Source: a virus. From it: DNA of 64,000 nt. A model generated the notes under the pieces. The model did no database searches and was not told the DNA's origin. It worked only from the letters and a program-made list of their open reading frames with translations. The stretch is taken from positions 34,733-98,732 of the IMG/VR virus record IMGVR_UViG_3300025018_000113; one strand, written 5' to 3'. Shown here piece by piece: positions 27,735 through 38,735 of this stretch; position 1 is the first letter of the stretch; each line of letters opens with the position of its first letter. The position numbers and the translations under genes were made by a program.

Positions 27735-30368
27735 ATGGCACAACGTAGATTTGGCCCAACACGTGGGGCTGGTGTAGTAGTAATAGAACGTGAAGGTGAA
27801 GCTTCAATCACTCCAAGCGCATTGGGTGTGACAGCTTATACAGGCATTTTTAAGAAGGGGCCTGTTGGCAAAGCGTTCAGAGCAAAAACAAGAACTGACT
27901 TCTTATTCAAAGCTGGTGGGGTGATTCCAGAATCACTTGCACCTGATGCGGCCCTGTCTTTCTATCGTGCATCTAATGGTGCTGGTGAAATTTGGGTGAA
28001 CCGTGTGACTGATGGTTCAGAAAAAATTGCTGAACTTTCTATGTTCAACAGACTTGGAAAAGGAACACTTGTTGCTAAATTCAAGGCTGGAAACGCTGGC
28101 CGTTGGGCTGGTAAGAAGAAAAAGCTTGTTGATGAATATGCAAGTTTTGATGCAACAACCATGACACTTTCAAATGTTCCAGCGAACCTGAAACAAGATG
28201 AACTTGCTGGTGCTGTTGTTAAGTTCAAAGCTGTTCCAGGGAAATCATTTGTTGTTGAAAGCAATGATGAACTTGGTGTTCTTCAATTCGCAAGTGATGT
28301 GAACTTAATTGATGAACTTGATGGAACAACAAACGAACTTGTTGAAATTGACCTTTCAAATAATGGTGAATCATTGGCCGTTCTTGTAAAAGACGGGCTT
28401 TTGAAACCAAGTCAAGAATTTGGTCTTGAATTTTATTCAATTGAAGGGAATGTTGCTGAATTGGTGAAGTCTTACAATGACCTTTCACTTGACCCAGCCG
28501 CTTCAAATTATTATGTGGACATCATCAACGCTGACAGTGATTCTGACTTTTTAATTAAAGTTGAAGACCTAAACATTGGTGGTTCATTAGTTTCTGGACA
28601 AAGACCAGCAAACTTTGCAAGCACAATTAAGACATTGACGGCCACTGTTCTTACAGCTGACATTCATTTCTTATCAGTTTCAAGTGTTGCAAATGCAAAA
28701 GCAAAACTTGACCCTGTTGTTCTTGGTTCAGAAATAATCAAAGACAAAATGGTTCTTACAAATACAGCACAAGGTGCCCGTTCAACTGAAACACTTACGT
28801 TTGTTGGACAGCCAAGTGATTCTGAAACGGTAACAATTGGCGGTGATGTTTACACATTCAAAACCGTTCCAGTTGGTGCCCTTGATGTTTTAATTGGTGC
28901 AAACCTTGAAGCTTCAATTGACAACCTTGTTGCAAAAGTAAACGAACAAGTTGGCAAGCTTTATTTTGCTGAAAAAGCATCGGCAACCACAATGGCAGTT
29001 TATGCAAAAACAGCTGGTGTTGCTGGTGATTCCATAGCGGTTTCAACAACTGTGACTGGTGCTTCATTTGGCGGTGCAAACCTTACAGGTGGCGTAAACC
29101 AAACTTGGAACATGACTTCTGAAAAGATGCCTTTCCTTGGAACAACTGTCATCACTTCTGGTGTTGCTTATGCACCAGCAAATGATTTTGGTTATGGTTT
29201 TACACTTGTTGATGAATCACTAAGTTCAGCAAAAGAATTTGATGTTGGTGACACAATCACAATTGATGTTCAACCATTAGAAGTTGGACAGCTTGTTGGT
29301 GGGTTTGTGTTCCCTGATGAATCAAATTCAAGAAAGAAATTTGAAATTGTGTCAAACGATGCAAAATCAATCACCGTTAAGTCAGGGAGTGACATGACTG
29401 TTGTTGCAACAGCTGGTGGAATTTTCCGTGCGCAATACGTGCAAGAACTTCAAGGTGGTTATGATGGAATTTCTGACATCACAGATTCACACTATGAAGC
29501 GGCTTATGACACTTCAACTTCACCTTTGAAAGCACTACGTGGAAAAAATCTTGGTCTTGTCAAGTTGGCAACACCAGGCATCACTTCAAGTGCAATTCAA
29601 AAAGCTGGTGCGGCTTTTGCAGAATCACAAAACTGGCAATATAGATATGAAATTCCAGCCAACATCACCGATGAACAGGCCGTTGAAGAATACATCAACG
29701 CCACCATTGGAAGAAATGATTTTGCTGTGACTTCATTCCCTTCTTATTACAAAAAATCAAAAGAAGGTGGCGGTCTAAAACTTGTTTCAGCGATTGGTGG
29801 AATTCACGGTGTTGAAGCAAGAATTGCCCGTGACTATGACGGCTATCACAAGGCTGGTGCTGGGACTGATGCAAGAATCACAGAAGCGTTGGCACTTCCT
29901 GATGGTTTTGAAAATAAACCACCACTAGATGAAGAATTCCTGAACCCACAAGGCATCAACGTCTTGAAGTTCAAAGATGGAAACCTTATCTTATGGGGTG
30001 ACAGAACTGTTGGAATTGACCCATCATTCAAGTTCAAGCATCACCGTGAACAAATGTCACATTATGAAAATACGTTCCTTGAAAACTTTGATTTCATCAT
30101 CTTTGCACTTAACAGTGAAAACAGTGGAACACAAGAACGCTTGAAAGCGGCTTTTGTGGCCTACTTTACACCTGAACTTGCAAAAGGTGCGATTGTTGGT
30201 AAGGACGTTCAGGAAGCAACCCTGTTGAAGATTGACAGCGAAAACAACACTGACCTTACACGTGCGGCTGGTGACTTGTTTGCTGATATGTCACTGAAAC
30301 TGGTTGACACTGTTGAACGCTTCATAATCAGAATCGGAAAACAAGGTGTAACAGAAGACGTTGCATAA
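27735..30368 (+). CDS. tail sheath protein
   Basis: GVVVIE, G..KGP, LNPQGIN, WGDRT motifs; large inserted domains. Confidence 0.9.
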   Translation: MAQRRFGPTRGAGVVVIEREGEASITPSALGVTAYTGIFKKGPVGKAFRAKTRTDFLFKAGGVIPESLAPDAALSFYRASNGAGEIWVNRVTDGSEKIAELSMFNRLGKGTLVAKFKAGNAGRWAGKKKKLVDEYASFDATTMTLSNVPANLKQDELAGAVVKFKAVPGKSFVVESNDELGVLQFASDVNLIDELDGTTNELVEIDLSNNGESLAVLVKDGLLKPSQEFGLEFYSIEGNVAELVKSYNDLSLDPAASNYYVDIINADSDSDFLIKVEDLNIGGSLVSGQRPANFASTIKTLTATVLTADIHFLSVSSVANAKAKLDPVVLGSEIIKDKMVLTNTAQGARSTETLTFVGQPSDSETVTIGGDVYTFKTVPVGALDVLIGANLEASIDNLVAKVNEQVGKLYFAEKASATTMAVYAKTAGVAGDSIAVSTTVTGASFGGANLTGGVNQTWNMTSEKMPFLGTTVITSGVAYAPANDFGYGFTLVDESLSSAKEFDVGDTITIDVQPLEVGQLVGGFVFPDESNSRKKFEIVSNDAKSITVKSGSDMTVVATAGGIFRAQYVQELQGGYDGISDITDSHYEAAYDTSTSPLKALRGKNLGLVKLATPGITSSAIQKAGAAFAESQNWQYRYEIPANITDEQAVEEYINATIGRNDFAVTSFPSYYKKSKEGGGLKLVSAIGGIHGVEARIARDYDGYHKAGAGTDARITEALALPDGFENKPPLDEEFLNPQGINVLKFKDGNLILWGDRTVGIDPSFKFKHHREQMSHYENTFLENFDFIIFALNSENSGTQERLKAAFVAYFTPELAKGAIVGKDVQEATLLKIDSENNTDLTRAAGDLFADMSLKLVDTVERFIIRIGKQGVTEDVA

Positions 30369-30411
30369 CTTTAAGGATGAATAAAAATTTAAGGAATAAA
30401 GGGGAAAATTT

Positions 30412-30855
30412 ATGGTGATGAAAGGAAGCGTACAACCAAACCACATTCCAGTGAACAATTTTGAATTGTTTGTTATTGGTATGCCACCAATTCTGTTCAC
30501 AGAAGTTTCAGGTTTGGAACAAGAAACTGAAAGTGCTGATATGCCTGACAGAACGGTTGTGTCAGGTGGTAATGTTAAGGCAACAGAATTCACGGCCATG
30601 ATGTTTGAACATCACCGTGTTGAACTTGCGGCCCTTGAACTTTGGAGGCGTGAAGGGGTTGACCCAGTTTCACCAACCTACAAAAAGATTGGGACACTAA
30701 TCAAAAGAAGCATTGATGGTCAAATTGCATCGACAAGAACCATCACTGGCCTTTGGATTAAGAAACGCACTGATGCTGATTTAGACATGGCCAATGAAGG
30801 TGAACCAGCTATGGTTGAATTCACTTTTTCAGCTGACAAAATCGAATCAATTTAA
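30412..30855 (+). CDS. tail tube protein (T4 gp19-like)
   Basis: F.EVSGL, DLD...E....EFTF; follows the sheath gene. Confidence 0.85.
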   Translation: MVMKGSVQPNHIPVNNFELFVIGMPPILFTEVSGLEQETESADMPDRTVVSGGNVKATEFTAMMFEHHRVELAALELWRREGVDPVSPTYKKIGTLIKRSIDGQIASTRTITGLWIKKRTDADLDMANEGEPAMVEFTFSADKIESI

Positions 30856-30948
30856 GTTTTGAAATAGGCCTGGCCCCACCTAAACGGGGCCAACTAAAAT
30901 TCACAATAAGATGAATTTCTTCACAAAACAAAGTTATTTGGGGGAAAA

Positions 30949-31767
30949 ATGAAAGAAGAAAAACCAAACACAAAAACACTTGGCCAACTAGGGCTTACAC
31001 TTCCTATTTTCAGTGGTTCAACTGACCGTTCCTTTTCATTCAAAGAATGGGACATGGAAACAGAAGAAAAACTTTCTGACTTACAAAGCAAATCAAAAAA
31101 TGTTGGTGAATTTGTAAGACAAATGATGAACCTACTTCTTGATGAATTCCAAGGGAAAGCTTGGGAAAATTACAGTGAAGAAGAAAAAATCATCACACTT
31201 TCACAACTTCACTTTCCAAACATGATGTATCTTTACATTGCTTTAAGAGTGGAAGAACTGGGACATGAATTGTCATTTGATGCAATCACTTGTCCTTCTT
31301 GTAAAAAAATAATTAAAGACTTCATTGCTGACCTTAGAACACTCGATGTTATTTGTAAGGACAGTGAAGACGAACTTGTAAAAGAATATGACCTTAAAAA
31401 ACCCATTGTTCTTGAAAATGGAAAAACTGTGACAGGTTTGAAAATTGGTGTAACAAAATGGGGTGCCCTTGAATCTGTTCCAGCTGAAAAAGCTGGCAAT
31501 GGTGCAACAGTGAAAAAAGCATTGTTTGAATCATCAATTCAAGGTGCATTAGATAACGGCAAACCTTTTGAAGGTTTTGTTGATTTGAAAACATTAGTGA
31601 AGAAAATTAAAAAGGTTGATATTGAAAAAATTGGAAGCCTTATCACTAAGAACAACGGTGGCCCTGACATGACAGTCGGTGGAAAGTGCCCACATTGCAA
31701 TGCCGAGTTTGTGAAACCGATTGACTGGGGGTATGAACTTTTTTTCGACAGTTCATCCCTGTCATAG
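30949..31767 (+). CDS. tail assembly chaperone with zinc-binding cysteines
   Basis: Between tube and tape measure; CPSC and CPHC. Confidence 0.75.
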   Translation: MKEEKPNTKTLGQLGLTLPIFSGSTDRSFSFKEWDMETEEKLSDLQSKSKNVGEFVRQMMNLLLDEFQGKAWENYSEEEKIITLSQLHFPNMMYLYIALRVEELGHELSFDAITCPSCKKIIKDFIADLRTLDVICKDSEDELVKEYDLKKPIVLENGKTVTGLKIGVTKWGALESVPAEKAGNGATVKKALFESSIQGALDNGKPFEGFVDLKTLVKKIKKVDIEKIGSLITKNNGGPDMTVGGKCPHCNAEFVKPIDWGYELFFDSSSLS

Positions 31768-31777
31768 ATAGGGATGA
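31727..31777 (+). other. programmed -1 ribosomal frameshift signal
   Basis: Slippery T TTT TTC (31740-31746), 11-bp hairpin (31753-31777), upstream GGGGG. Confidence 0.8.
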
Positions 31778-31988
31778 TTTGTGGGAAGCACAGTTCAATT
31801 TGGTTTATAACTCTAATGGGGGAATAACACTAGAAACAGTTCAACACATGACTAAGAAAAAATTCTTGTTTATGTTGCGAAAACTGGCCAGTCAGAAGAA
31901 GGAAGAAAACAAAGCGATTGAAAAGGCAAGCAAGGGAAGCAAACCTTCATCATCCAGTAAAGGGATGCGTTACCTTGGGAAACTTTAA
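31740..31988 (+). CDS. frameshift extension of the tail chaperone (gpGT-like)
   Basis: -1 frame is open from the slippery site to 31988. Confidence 0.75.
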   Translation, partial: FFRQFIPVIDRDDLWEAQFNLVYNSNGGITLETVQHMTKKKFLFMLRKLASQKKEENKAIEKASKGSKPSSSSKGMRYLGKL

Positions 31989-31999
31989 GGAAGAAGAAA

Positions 32000-34276
32000 A
32001 TGGCATTTAAGTTCAACGCAATTTTGAAATTCAATTCTGACCAGGCCACACGTGGTTTGGATAGGGCTGGAAAATCTTTCAATCAGCTTACAAGCAATAT
32101 TAAAAAAGCTGATGAATCACTTTCAAAAATAAATCAAGGTCTTCAAGGGGCGGCCTTAGCTGGTGCCCCTCTTACAGCTGGTGTTGCATTTGCAACAAAA
32201 ACATTTGCTGATTTTGAATTTCAAATGAAGACAGTTCAATCAGTAATGTTGGCCACTGATGCTGAAATGGTTGACCTTAACAACACAGCAAAACTTCTAG
32301 GTGCAACAACTGAATTTTCAGCAAAGCAAGCTGGTGAAGGTGCTGAAAGTCTTGCACGTGCTGGTTTCAACGTACAGCAAACAATTGGAGCGTTGCCAGG
32401 CGTTCTTGCGGCGGCCAGTGCTGGTGGTGTTGATTTAGCAACGGCCACTGACATTGTTGTTGGTCAGCTTGGTGCGTTTGGTTTAGAAGCATCAAAAGCT
32501 GGTGAAGTAGCCGACCAATTGGCACTTACAACAGCATTGACAAACACTGACTTCATTCAACTTGGTGAAGCTATGAAATTCGCGGCCCCAATTGCAAAAG
32601 CATCAGGGCTTGCACTTTCAGAAACAGCAAGTGCAATGGGTGTTCTTGCAAACGCTGGTGTGAAAGGTTCACTTGCTGGAACAGCATTGAAAAACGCACT
32701 TCTTCAACTTTCTAAACCATCACAAAAGGCACTTGAACTTTTCGGTGGGAAAGATGGTTTGAACAAAGCTGTTCTTGAAACTGTAAACGTAAACGGGAAA
32801 CTTATAACACGGTTGAAGCCAATGGAAGTTATCATGGCAAACGTGTCTAAGGTTGTTGCAAGTGCAAAAGACCCACTTGAAGCAACAGCCGCGGCCAGTG
32901 AAATTTTTGGATTACGTGGAACAACAGCGTTCAGTTCATTCCAAGCGGCTTTGACAAAAACCGTTCCAATTACTGACAAAAACCGTGAAGCAATTGTAAA
33001 AGGTGCAAAAGCAGTTGGTGAAAATATTGATGAATACATAAAAGAAGGCGCAATTCCACAACTGGTTGCACTAAGATTGAACATTGCTGGTGCGGCTGGA
33101 ACAGCACAAAAAATGCGTGACATTAAGTTGAATTCTTTGACTGGTCAGGTGGTTCTTCTTCAATCAGCTTTTGAAGGAATAAACATTGAACTTGGTGGTG
33201 TGTTTGCTGGTGTTACCCGTGAACTTGTTGTCAATGCAACAGACTTTCTTTCAGTTCTTACAGTTGGTTTCCAAGCGGCAAATGCTGGTGGAAAAGCAAC
33301 AGAAGCACAAATTGAATCATTAAAAAATAATCAGTTCAAAGAAATGATTCCAATGATGATTGAATTTGCACAAGGTTTTATACAAGGTTTTAATGAAATA
33401 AAAGAATCAGCGGTTGAAACTTTCAACACGGTTGCGGCTTTCTTGAAACCAGTTCTTGGTGATGTTGGGATGACAACAAAAGAATTTGGTTCGCTGGTTG
33501 CAAAAATAGTCACTGTTGGTGCTGTTGCGGCCCCAATACTCGGTGCGCTTGCGGCTGGTTTCTTTGTTCTTGGCCCAATCATTACTGGGATAAGTGGAAC
33601 AGTTGGCCTAATTACATCGGCCTTTGGAATTCTTTGGAGTACAGGGGGCGTGATTCTAGGACTTCTAGGAACAGCCTTTTCAGTGCTGACTTCACCAATA
33701 ACACTGACCATTGGGGCCATTGCTGGTGTTGGTTTGGCCATTGCTGGAATTTGGAAGAACTGGGAAAATGTGAAAACAGCTTTCCTTGATGGAAGAATTC
33801 TTGATGGTTTCAAAGCAATTGGAAATGGAATCATGATGTTTCTTGATAAGCCACTTGGTTTTGTTGCTCAAAAATGGGAAGGCATAAAATCATTTTTTGG
33901 TTTTGGCGGTGATAAGACAGCACCAACAACTGGAAAGTCAGCTATTCAAGATTCCAGTTCAGTAAACGCAATTAAGGAATCAGCACAGATTCAACAAGAA
34001 AGCGTTAAGCAAAAAGGACTTGTTCAACCAGCAAGCCAAGAACAAATTGCACAAGCTGTGACAGTGGCCAACCAAGGCGCAAACACGGGTGGTGGTTCTT
34101 CTTCTGGTGGAACAACGACACAAAAAATCGAATTAAGCTTCAAAGGTGATGCAAAGAAAGTGTTCAACAAAATGGTGACAGAATCACAAGTTGAAAACGC
34201 TTCACTGAAAGGAAGAACACCAGCAAATAAAAGGAAGCTACTTCAAAACGGTGCGGCCTTAGTTGGTGGCTTTTAA
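32000..34276 (+). CDS. tape measure protein (TP901 family core)
   Basis: T.FSA.QA....LA.AG, LGEAMK.AAP, LANAGVKGS.AGTAL. Confidence 0.92.
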   Translation: MAFKFNAILKFNSDQATRGLDRAGKSFNQLTSNIKKADESLSKINQGLQGAALAGAPLTAGVAFATKTFADFEFQMKTVQSVMLATDAEMVDLNNTAKLLGATTEFSAKQAGEGAESLARAGFNVQQTIGALPGVLAAASAGGVDLATATDIVVGQLGAFGLEASKAGEVADQLALTTALTNTDFIQLGEAMKFAAPIAKASGLALSETASAMGVLANAGVKGSLAGTALKNALLQLSKPSQKALELFGGKDGLNKAVLETVNVNGKLITRLKPMEVIMANVSKVVASAKDPLEATAAASEIFGLRGTTAFSSFQAALTKTVPITDKNREAIVKGAKAVGENIDEYIKEGAIPQLVALRLNIAGAAGTAQKMRDIKLNSLTGQVVLLQSAFEGINIELGGVFAGVTRELVVNATDFLSVLTVGFQAANAGGKATEAQIESLKNNQFKEMIPMMIEFAQGFIQGFNEIKESAVETFNTVAAFLKPVLGDVGMTTKEFGSLVAKIVTVGAVAAPILGALAAGFFVLGPIITGISGTVGLITSAFGILWSTGGVILGLLGTAFSVLTSPITLTIGAIAGVGLAIAGIWKNWENVKTAFLDGRILDGFKAIGNGIMMFLDKPLGFVAQKWEGIKSFFGFGGDKTAPTTGKSAIQDSSSVNAIKESAQIQQESVKQKGLVQPASQEQIAQAVTVANQGANTGGGSSSGGTTTQKIELSFKGDAKKVFNKMVTESQVENASLKGRTPANKRKLLQNGAALVGGF

Positions 34277-34286
34277 GGGGGAATAA

Positions 34287-35168
34287 ATGGCATTTCTTGA
34301 CACTGTTGGGGAATTGTTTGGTTTTTCAGCAAATAAGGCGTGGTCACTTGTTGGTGATGACCCTAAGTTTTATGACCTTACTTTTGAAGGTCAATTTACA
34401 GCGCAAAATTTCCGTGAAGGCGGTGGTGATGTTTCATTAGGTGAAGCAAATTCAATAAATAAAGAACAACCAAACTTTCAGTTCTTAAATAATGACGGTG
34501 AAATTGTCACCTTTCAATCAAGATTTTATGCAACAGATAGTTTCAAAAATATTAAACAGCAAATTGAACTTTTAAGGTCATTCAAAAAACGTGACCCTGA
34601 TTTGAAGCGGCCACCAAAATTTCTTTTCACATTTGGAACTGAAATTCAGTTCACTTGCTTTGTGAAGAAAGTTGATTTTGATTATGACGAACTTAGAAGT
34701 GACGGTTCAATTCGTGGCGTGATTGCTTCAATTACACTTCAAAAACTTGACCAAACTTTACAAGGTTCAGAAGCCGCGGCCACATCACTTGCAAGCCAAA
34801 TCAAGTTTGCTGTTGGGATTGTTGCTGGTGCGGCTGGAATTGTAAGTCAAATAAAAAGCAAAATCAACATTCCAGGGGGTTCACTTCATACACTAGACAG
34901 AACACGTGAAGTGAAAGAAGGGGAAACTTTTGAAAGTATTGCACAACAAGAATATGGAAACGCTTTACTTGGTGATGTTCTAAGAAGAACGCAACCAGAA
35001 AAAGCAAACCTAAAAGCTGGTGATGAAATCTTTCTTGTTGAAGCAACAGAAATAAACACAATTGAAGTGACACCACAAGCGGTTGCACTAAAAAGAACAC
35101 CTGAAAATAGAAAGCTTAAAGAAGATTTTTTTGCTTTAAGAAATAGGAAAACGACAATTTTTGTATGA
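34287..35168 (+). CDS. tube initiator / LysM baseplate protein
   Basis: RPPKFLFTFG and LysM-like VKEGETFESIAQQEYG. Confidence 0.8.
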   Translation: MAFLDTVGELFGFSANKAWSLVGDDPKFYDLTFEGQFTAQNFREGGGDVSLGEANSINKEQPNFQFLNNDGEIVTFQSRFYATDSFKNIKQQIELLRSFKKRDPDLKRPPKFLFTFGTEIQFTCFVKKVDFDYDELRSDGSIRGVIASITLQKLDQTLQGSEAAATSLASQIKFAVGIVAGAAGIVSQIKSKINIPGGSLHTLDRTREVKEGETFESIAQQEYGNALLGDVLRRTQPEKANLKAGDEIFLVEATEINTIEVTPQAVALKRTPENRKLKEDFFALRNRKTTIFV

Positions 35169-36544
35169 GTATAACAAGCCTAGTAAACACAAAAGGACTT
35201 CCATCATCAGCTGTGAAACCAGTTGGTGCATCAGCACGTTTACAGCGTGACCCATGGGCACCTAATTTTGAACTTATCATTTATGGTGGGAAAGGCGCAC
35301 AACCTTTTGCGGTTGCTGACAGTGTAAAACAATACATTGAAGCGGTAACATTTGAAGACAATGCTGACCAATTTGACAAACTTACCATAAGATTCACTTC
35401 ACAAATTGATGACTACGGTGGGGGCCAAATCAATTCACTAATTGATTCACGCTTGTTTGCAGAAGGCCACATTGTTGAAGTTCAAATGGGCTATGGAAAC
35501 AGTTTGTTTACTGTTGGTGCGGCTGATATTGTTTCAATTCAACCCGACTTTCCAGAAGATGGGCCACCAACTTTGGAAATTATTGGTTTTGACTTACTTC
35601 ACCGTGCTTCAAGAAGAAAACCAAAAGGTGGGGTTTCATATAAAGGTTTTCGTGACTCTCAAATTGCTTCAATCATTGGTTCAAGAAATGGATTTGATAT
35701 TCAAACAACTGACCCAAGAAGTTTTTCTGGAATCAGGAAGGTTCAAGGCATCAATGACCGTGTTCAAAAACGTGGTGTTTCTGATTACATTTTTCTAAAA
35801 AAAGTTTCAGACATAAATGGCTTTGATCTTTTTAGTAAATTCGACCCGAAAAGAAAAAAGTTTGGGCTTTTCTTTCAGCCACCACAAACATCAAACTTCA
35901 AAGAAGTGTTTACGTTTGCTTACAATCAAGGTGATTTGCCTTATCACAACACGCTGTTGTCATTTAAGCCAACACTAGATGCGCATGACCAAGCAACAGA
36001 TTTTGAAGTTTTTGTTCTTAAAGACAAAGACACGTTTGCAACAAACATCAAGCCAATTGACAGACTTACACTTGCAGAACAGAAGAAACTTGAATCTGAA
36101 TTGGAAAGAAGGTTTACTGGTGGAAATCTTGGAACTGGTGGCGGTAAAAAATCAGCAAACAGTGATGGAATTCAAGTGGCCTTCAAAGCATTTGGACGAA
36201 GTTTCACGTTTCCACCACATAAAAGATTCAAAGATGAAAAGTCAGCAACACGTGCAATTGAAGAATTCGTAAAAAGACAGAAAGAAAACTTCATCACTGG
36301 TGATGGAAGACTGGTTGGGAATGAAGTTCTTCAATCAAGACAGATTCACAACCTAGAAGGAATCAGTGAACAGTTTTCTGGCAAATACTATTTTACACGT
36401 GTGGTTCATAATATGTCACGGGGTGAAGGGTATTTCACTGAATTTTCAGCACGAAAAGTTATTGAAGATTTAGTGGTTCAATCACCACCAGCACTGAACC
36501 TTTCTGACAATGACAAACGGTTTAAGAAATTAAGGGAAGAATAA
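35165..36544 (+). CDS. baseplate hub (late control D-like)
   Basis: V.MGY, SDY.FL, G....FSGKYY...V.H motifs. Confidence 0.85.
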   Translation: MSITSLVNTKGLPSSAVKPVGASARLQRDPWAPNFELIIYGGKGAQPFAVADSVKQYIEAVTFEDNADQFDKLTIRFTSQIDDYGGGQINSLIDSRLFAEGHIVEVQMGYGNSLFTVGAADIVSIQPDFPEDGPPTLEIIGFDLLHRASRRKPKGGVSYKGFRDSQIASIIGSRNGFDIQTTDPRSFSGIRKVQGINDRVQKRGVSDYIFLKKVSDINGFDLFSKFDPKRKKFGLFFQPPQTSNFKEVFTFAYNQGDLPYHNTLLSFKPTLDAHDQATDFEVFVLKDKDTFATNIKPIDRLTLAEQKKLESELERRFTGGNLGTGGGKKSANSDGIQVAFKAFGRSFTFPPHKRFKDEKSATRAIEEFVKRQKENFITGDGRLVGNEVLQSRQIHNLEGISEQFSGKYYFTRVVHNMSRGEGYFTEFSARKVIEDLVVQSPPALNLSDNDKRFKKLREE

Positions 36545-36545
36545 A

Positions 36546-37457
36546 ATGGGCGCAAAACAAGTTCACAATGCAATTGTCACAAGAAACACTGACCCTGATT
36601 TGGGTTTGAAATTGCGTGGTGCTGTTTTCTTTAGTGCCCCAACACTGTTTGACGGTGAATTTCCACTTCCAGCTTTTCCATGCTTTCCATTCGCAAGTGA
36701 CAAAGGTGCTGGGATGTTTTGGGTTCCAAAAGTTGGTGATGAAATTGAAGTTGAAATTGAAGCTGATGATGGGAGTGATGACACAGTTGATGTGGAAATT
36801 CCAGAACCACGTTACAGGTGCATGGTTTATTCTGATGTTTCAGACATAGATGATATTTTCAAAACGAACTATCCTTTCAGAATGGGTTGGAAAACAAATT
36901 CAGGCCACTATCTTCTTTTTGATGACACAGTTGACAAGCAATTTATTTCACTGGTCACTGGGAAAGGTCACCAGTTCATAATGAGTGATGAAAAGAATCT
37001 TGAAAAAATGTTTTTTAAGACAACAAAAGGGCACCAGTTTCTATTTGATGACAAGAATGAATTGTTTCAAATCTTGACTATCGGTGGCCATAAGATTCTA
37101 ATGGACGATAAGAACAAAACAGTTGAAGTTCAGCACACACAGGGTGGAAAATTAAAAATTTCTGAAACCAAGGTTGAACTAATTGACAACAGTGGGAATC
37201 AAAGTGTGATTCTTGAAGCTGGTAAGGTGACGGGAAAGGCAACGGCTGAAATTGCCCTTGATGCACCGATTGTGAAAGTTGGTTCATCACCAGCATTTCA
37301 TGCAACACTTGCTGAAAATGTAATTGGTTTGCATGATTCACACAATCACATTGCACCGTTTGGCCCAACTTCACCACCAATTGTTCCAATGTCTTCAAAG
37401 GCTGGAACACCGCTTGACCCAACAGCGTTGTCAATATTCTTAAAAGGGAACACTTAA
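36546..37457 (+). CDS. baseplate spike (gpV/gp5-like)
   Basis: G..WVP.VGDE OB-fold, repeated T..GH...DD beta-helix, terminal HxH. Confidence 0.88.
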   Translation: MGAKQVHNAIVTRNTDPDLGLKLRGAVFFSAPTLFDGEFPLPAFPCFPFASDKGAGMFWVPKVGDEIEVEIEADDGSDDTVDVEIPEPRYRCMVYSDVSDIDDIFKTNYPFRMGWKTNSGHYLLFDDTVDKQFISLVTGKGHQFIMSDEKNLEKMFFKTTKGHQFLFDDKNELFQILTIGGHKILMDDKNKTVEVQHTQGGKLKISETKVELIDNSGNQSVILEAGKVTGKATAEIALDAPIVKVGSSPAFHATLAENVIGLHDSHNHIAPFGPTSPPIVPMSSKAGTPLDPTALSIFLKGNT

Positions 37458-37458
37458 A

Positions 37459-38727
37459 ATGGGATTGCCAACACCTTCACCAGCACAACTTCAAGCCTTA
37501 GAAGACCTTAAAGCGGTTGCGCTTGCTGGTGCTTCTGGTGCGGCTGATAAGGTGGCCGCAATTCAATCAGCACTTGATAAGCAACAAGAAGTTGAAGATT
37601 TCCAGAAAGAAACATTTGATGTTTTGAATGATGGAATCATCAGGCACTATGAACTTGAAAGACGTTGGATTGATGGGAAAGATATTGCAAACCCAATCAT
37701 TGAAAATGATGTTGTTCAATTTGCACAAAGAAACACTTCTGAAAGACTTTGGAACGGTGGTGATTTTTCACCTTTAAGAATTCCAGAATTTGATGGTGGG
37801 CCACTTGCTGACCTTGAACCTAAACATGAACTTTTTCTTTTTGATGAACAGGATAACATTTTAGACATCCTTCAAAATGGAAAAACTGGTCAAATATTGT
37901 TGGATGGAACGGCTGAAATTGAAACAGCACTTGATGAAAATTCAACATCAGTGAACATCCTTAACGATACAACTTCAATAAACAACGGTGATGTGATTTT
38001 TGTTTCTGGTGGTGGGTTTTCGGCCTTACTACAAGTAACAAATGCAATTGCTGGTGGAAGTTGTGCTGGTGAAGACAACCCACCACAACTAACCCAAGTA
38101 ACCTGTGAAGCTGACAACGGAACTTGGACACCAGCAAACAGTATTCAATTTGTTTACTTAATTTCACCAACTGGGACAATTCCAGCAAATTCACCAATTG
38201 GACAAAAAACATTTAATGGTTTTAATAACACTGAACGAACAAACAAAGTGGCAAGTGATTCTGATTTTCAAGGTTTCATGAATCTTCTTTTAGATGACCT
38301 TCATCAAAACTTTAATGACAGAAAAACAGCATTAAATAATCAACTTACAAACATCCAAGCAAATCAGGATGACAATATTGACCCAAGTGCTGAAACAAAT
38401 GTTCAAACATCAATTTCAGCTGTTGACGGTTTTTTAGGTGTGACACCACCAAGCACAATTGATGTCAGTGATTCTGGAATCACAGCAATAAATGCTGAAC
38501 GTGATGTCAGAAAGCCACAAGCACAAGCAAGACCTGGCCAAATTGCAACAGCAATTTCAACGGGTGACTTTTACAACCAAAGATTCAACACATCAGAAGG
38601 GCGTTGTCGTTTGAACAACGGTTCCATTGTTCTGTTGAATGATTTACAAGAAGCAAAAACAAACGCACAGGAAGGTGGCGTTGAAGCGGCCAATTTAGCA
38701 AGCCGATATGATGCACTAATTCCATAA
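37459..38727 (+). CDS. hypothetical baseplate-associated protein
   Basis: 422 aa between spike and wedge; internal C-x13-C...GTWT motif. Confidence 0.5.
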   Translation: MGLPTPSPAQLQALEDLKAVALAGASGAADKVAAIQSALDKQQEVEDFQKETFDVLNDGIIRHYELERRWIDGKDIANPIIENDVVQFAQRNTSERLWNGGDFSPLRIPEFDGGPLADLEPKHELFLFDEQDNILDILQNGKTGQILLDGTAEIETALDENSTSVNILNDTTSINNGDVIFVSGGGFSALLQVTNAIAGGSCAGEDNPPQLTQVTCEADNGTWTPANSIQFVYLISPTGTIPANSPIGQKTFNGFNNTERTNKVASDSDFQGFMNLLLDDLHQNFNDRKTALNNQLTNIQANQDDNIDPSAETNVQTSISAVDGFLGVTPPSTIDVSDSGITAINAERDVRKPQAQARPGQIATAISTGDFYNQRFNTSEGRCRLNNGSIVLLNDLQEAKTNAQEGGVEAANLASRYDALIP

Positions 38728-38735
38728 GGTAAAAC

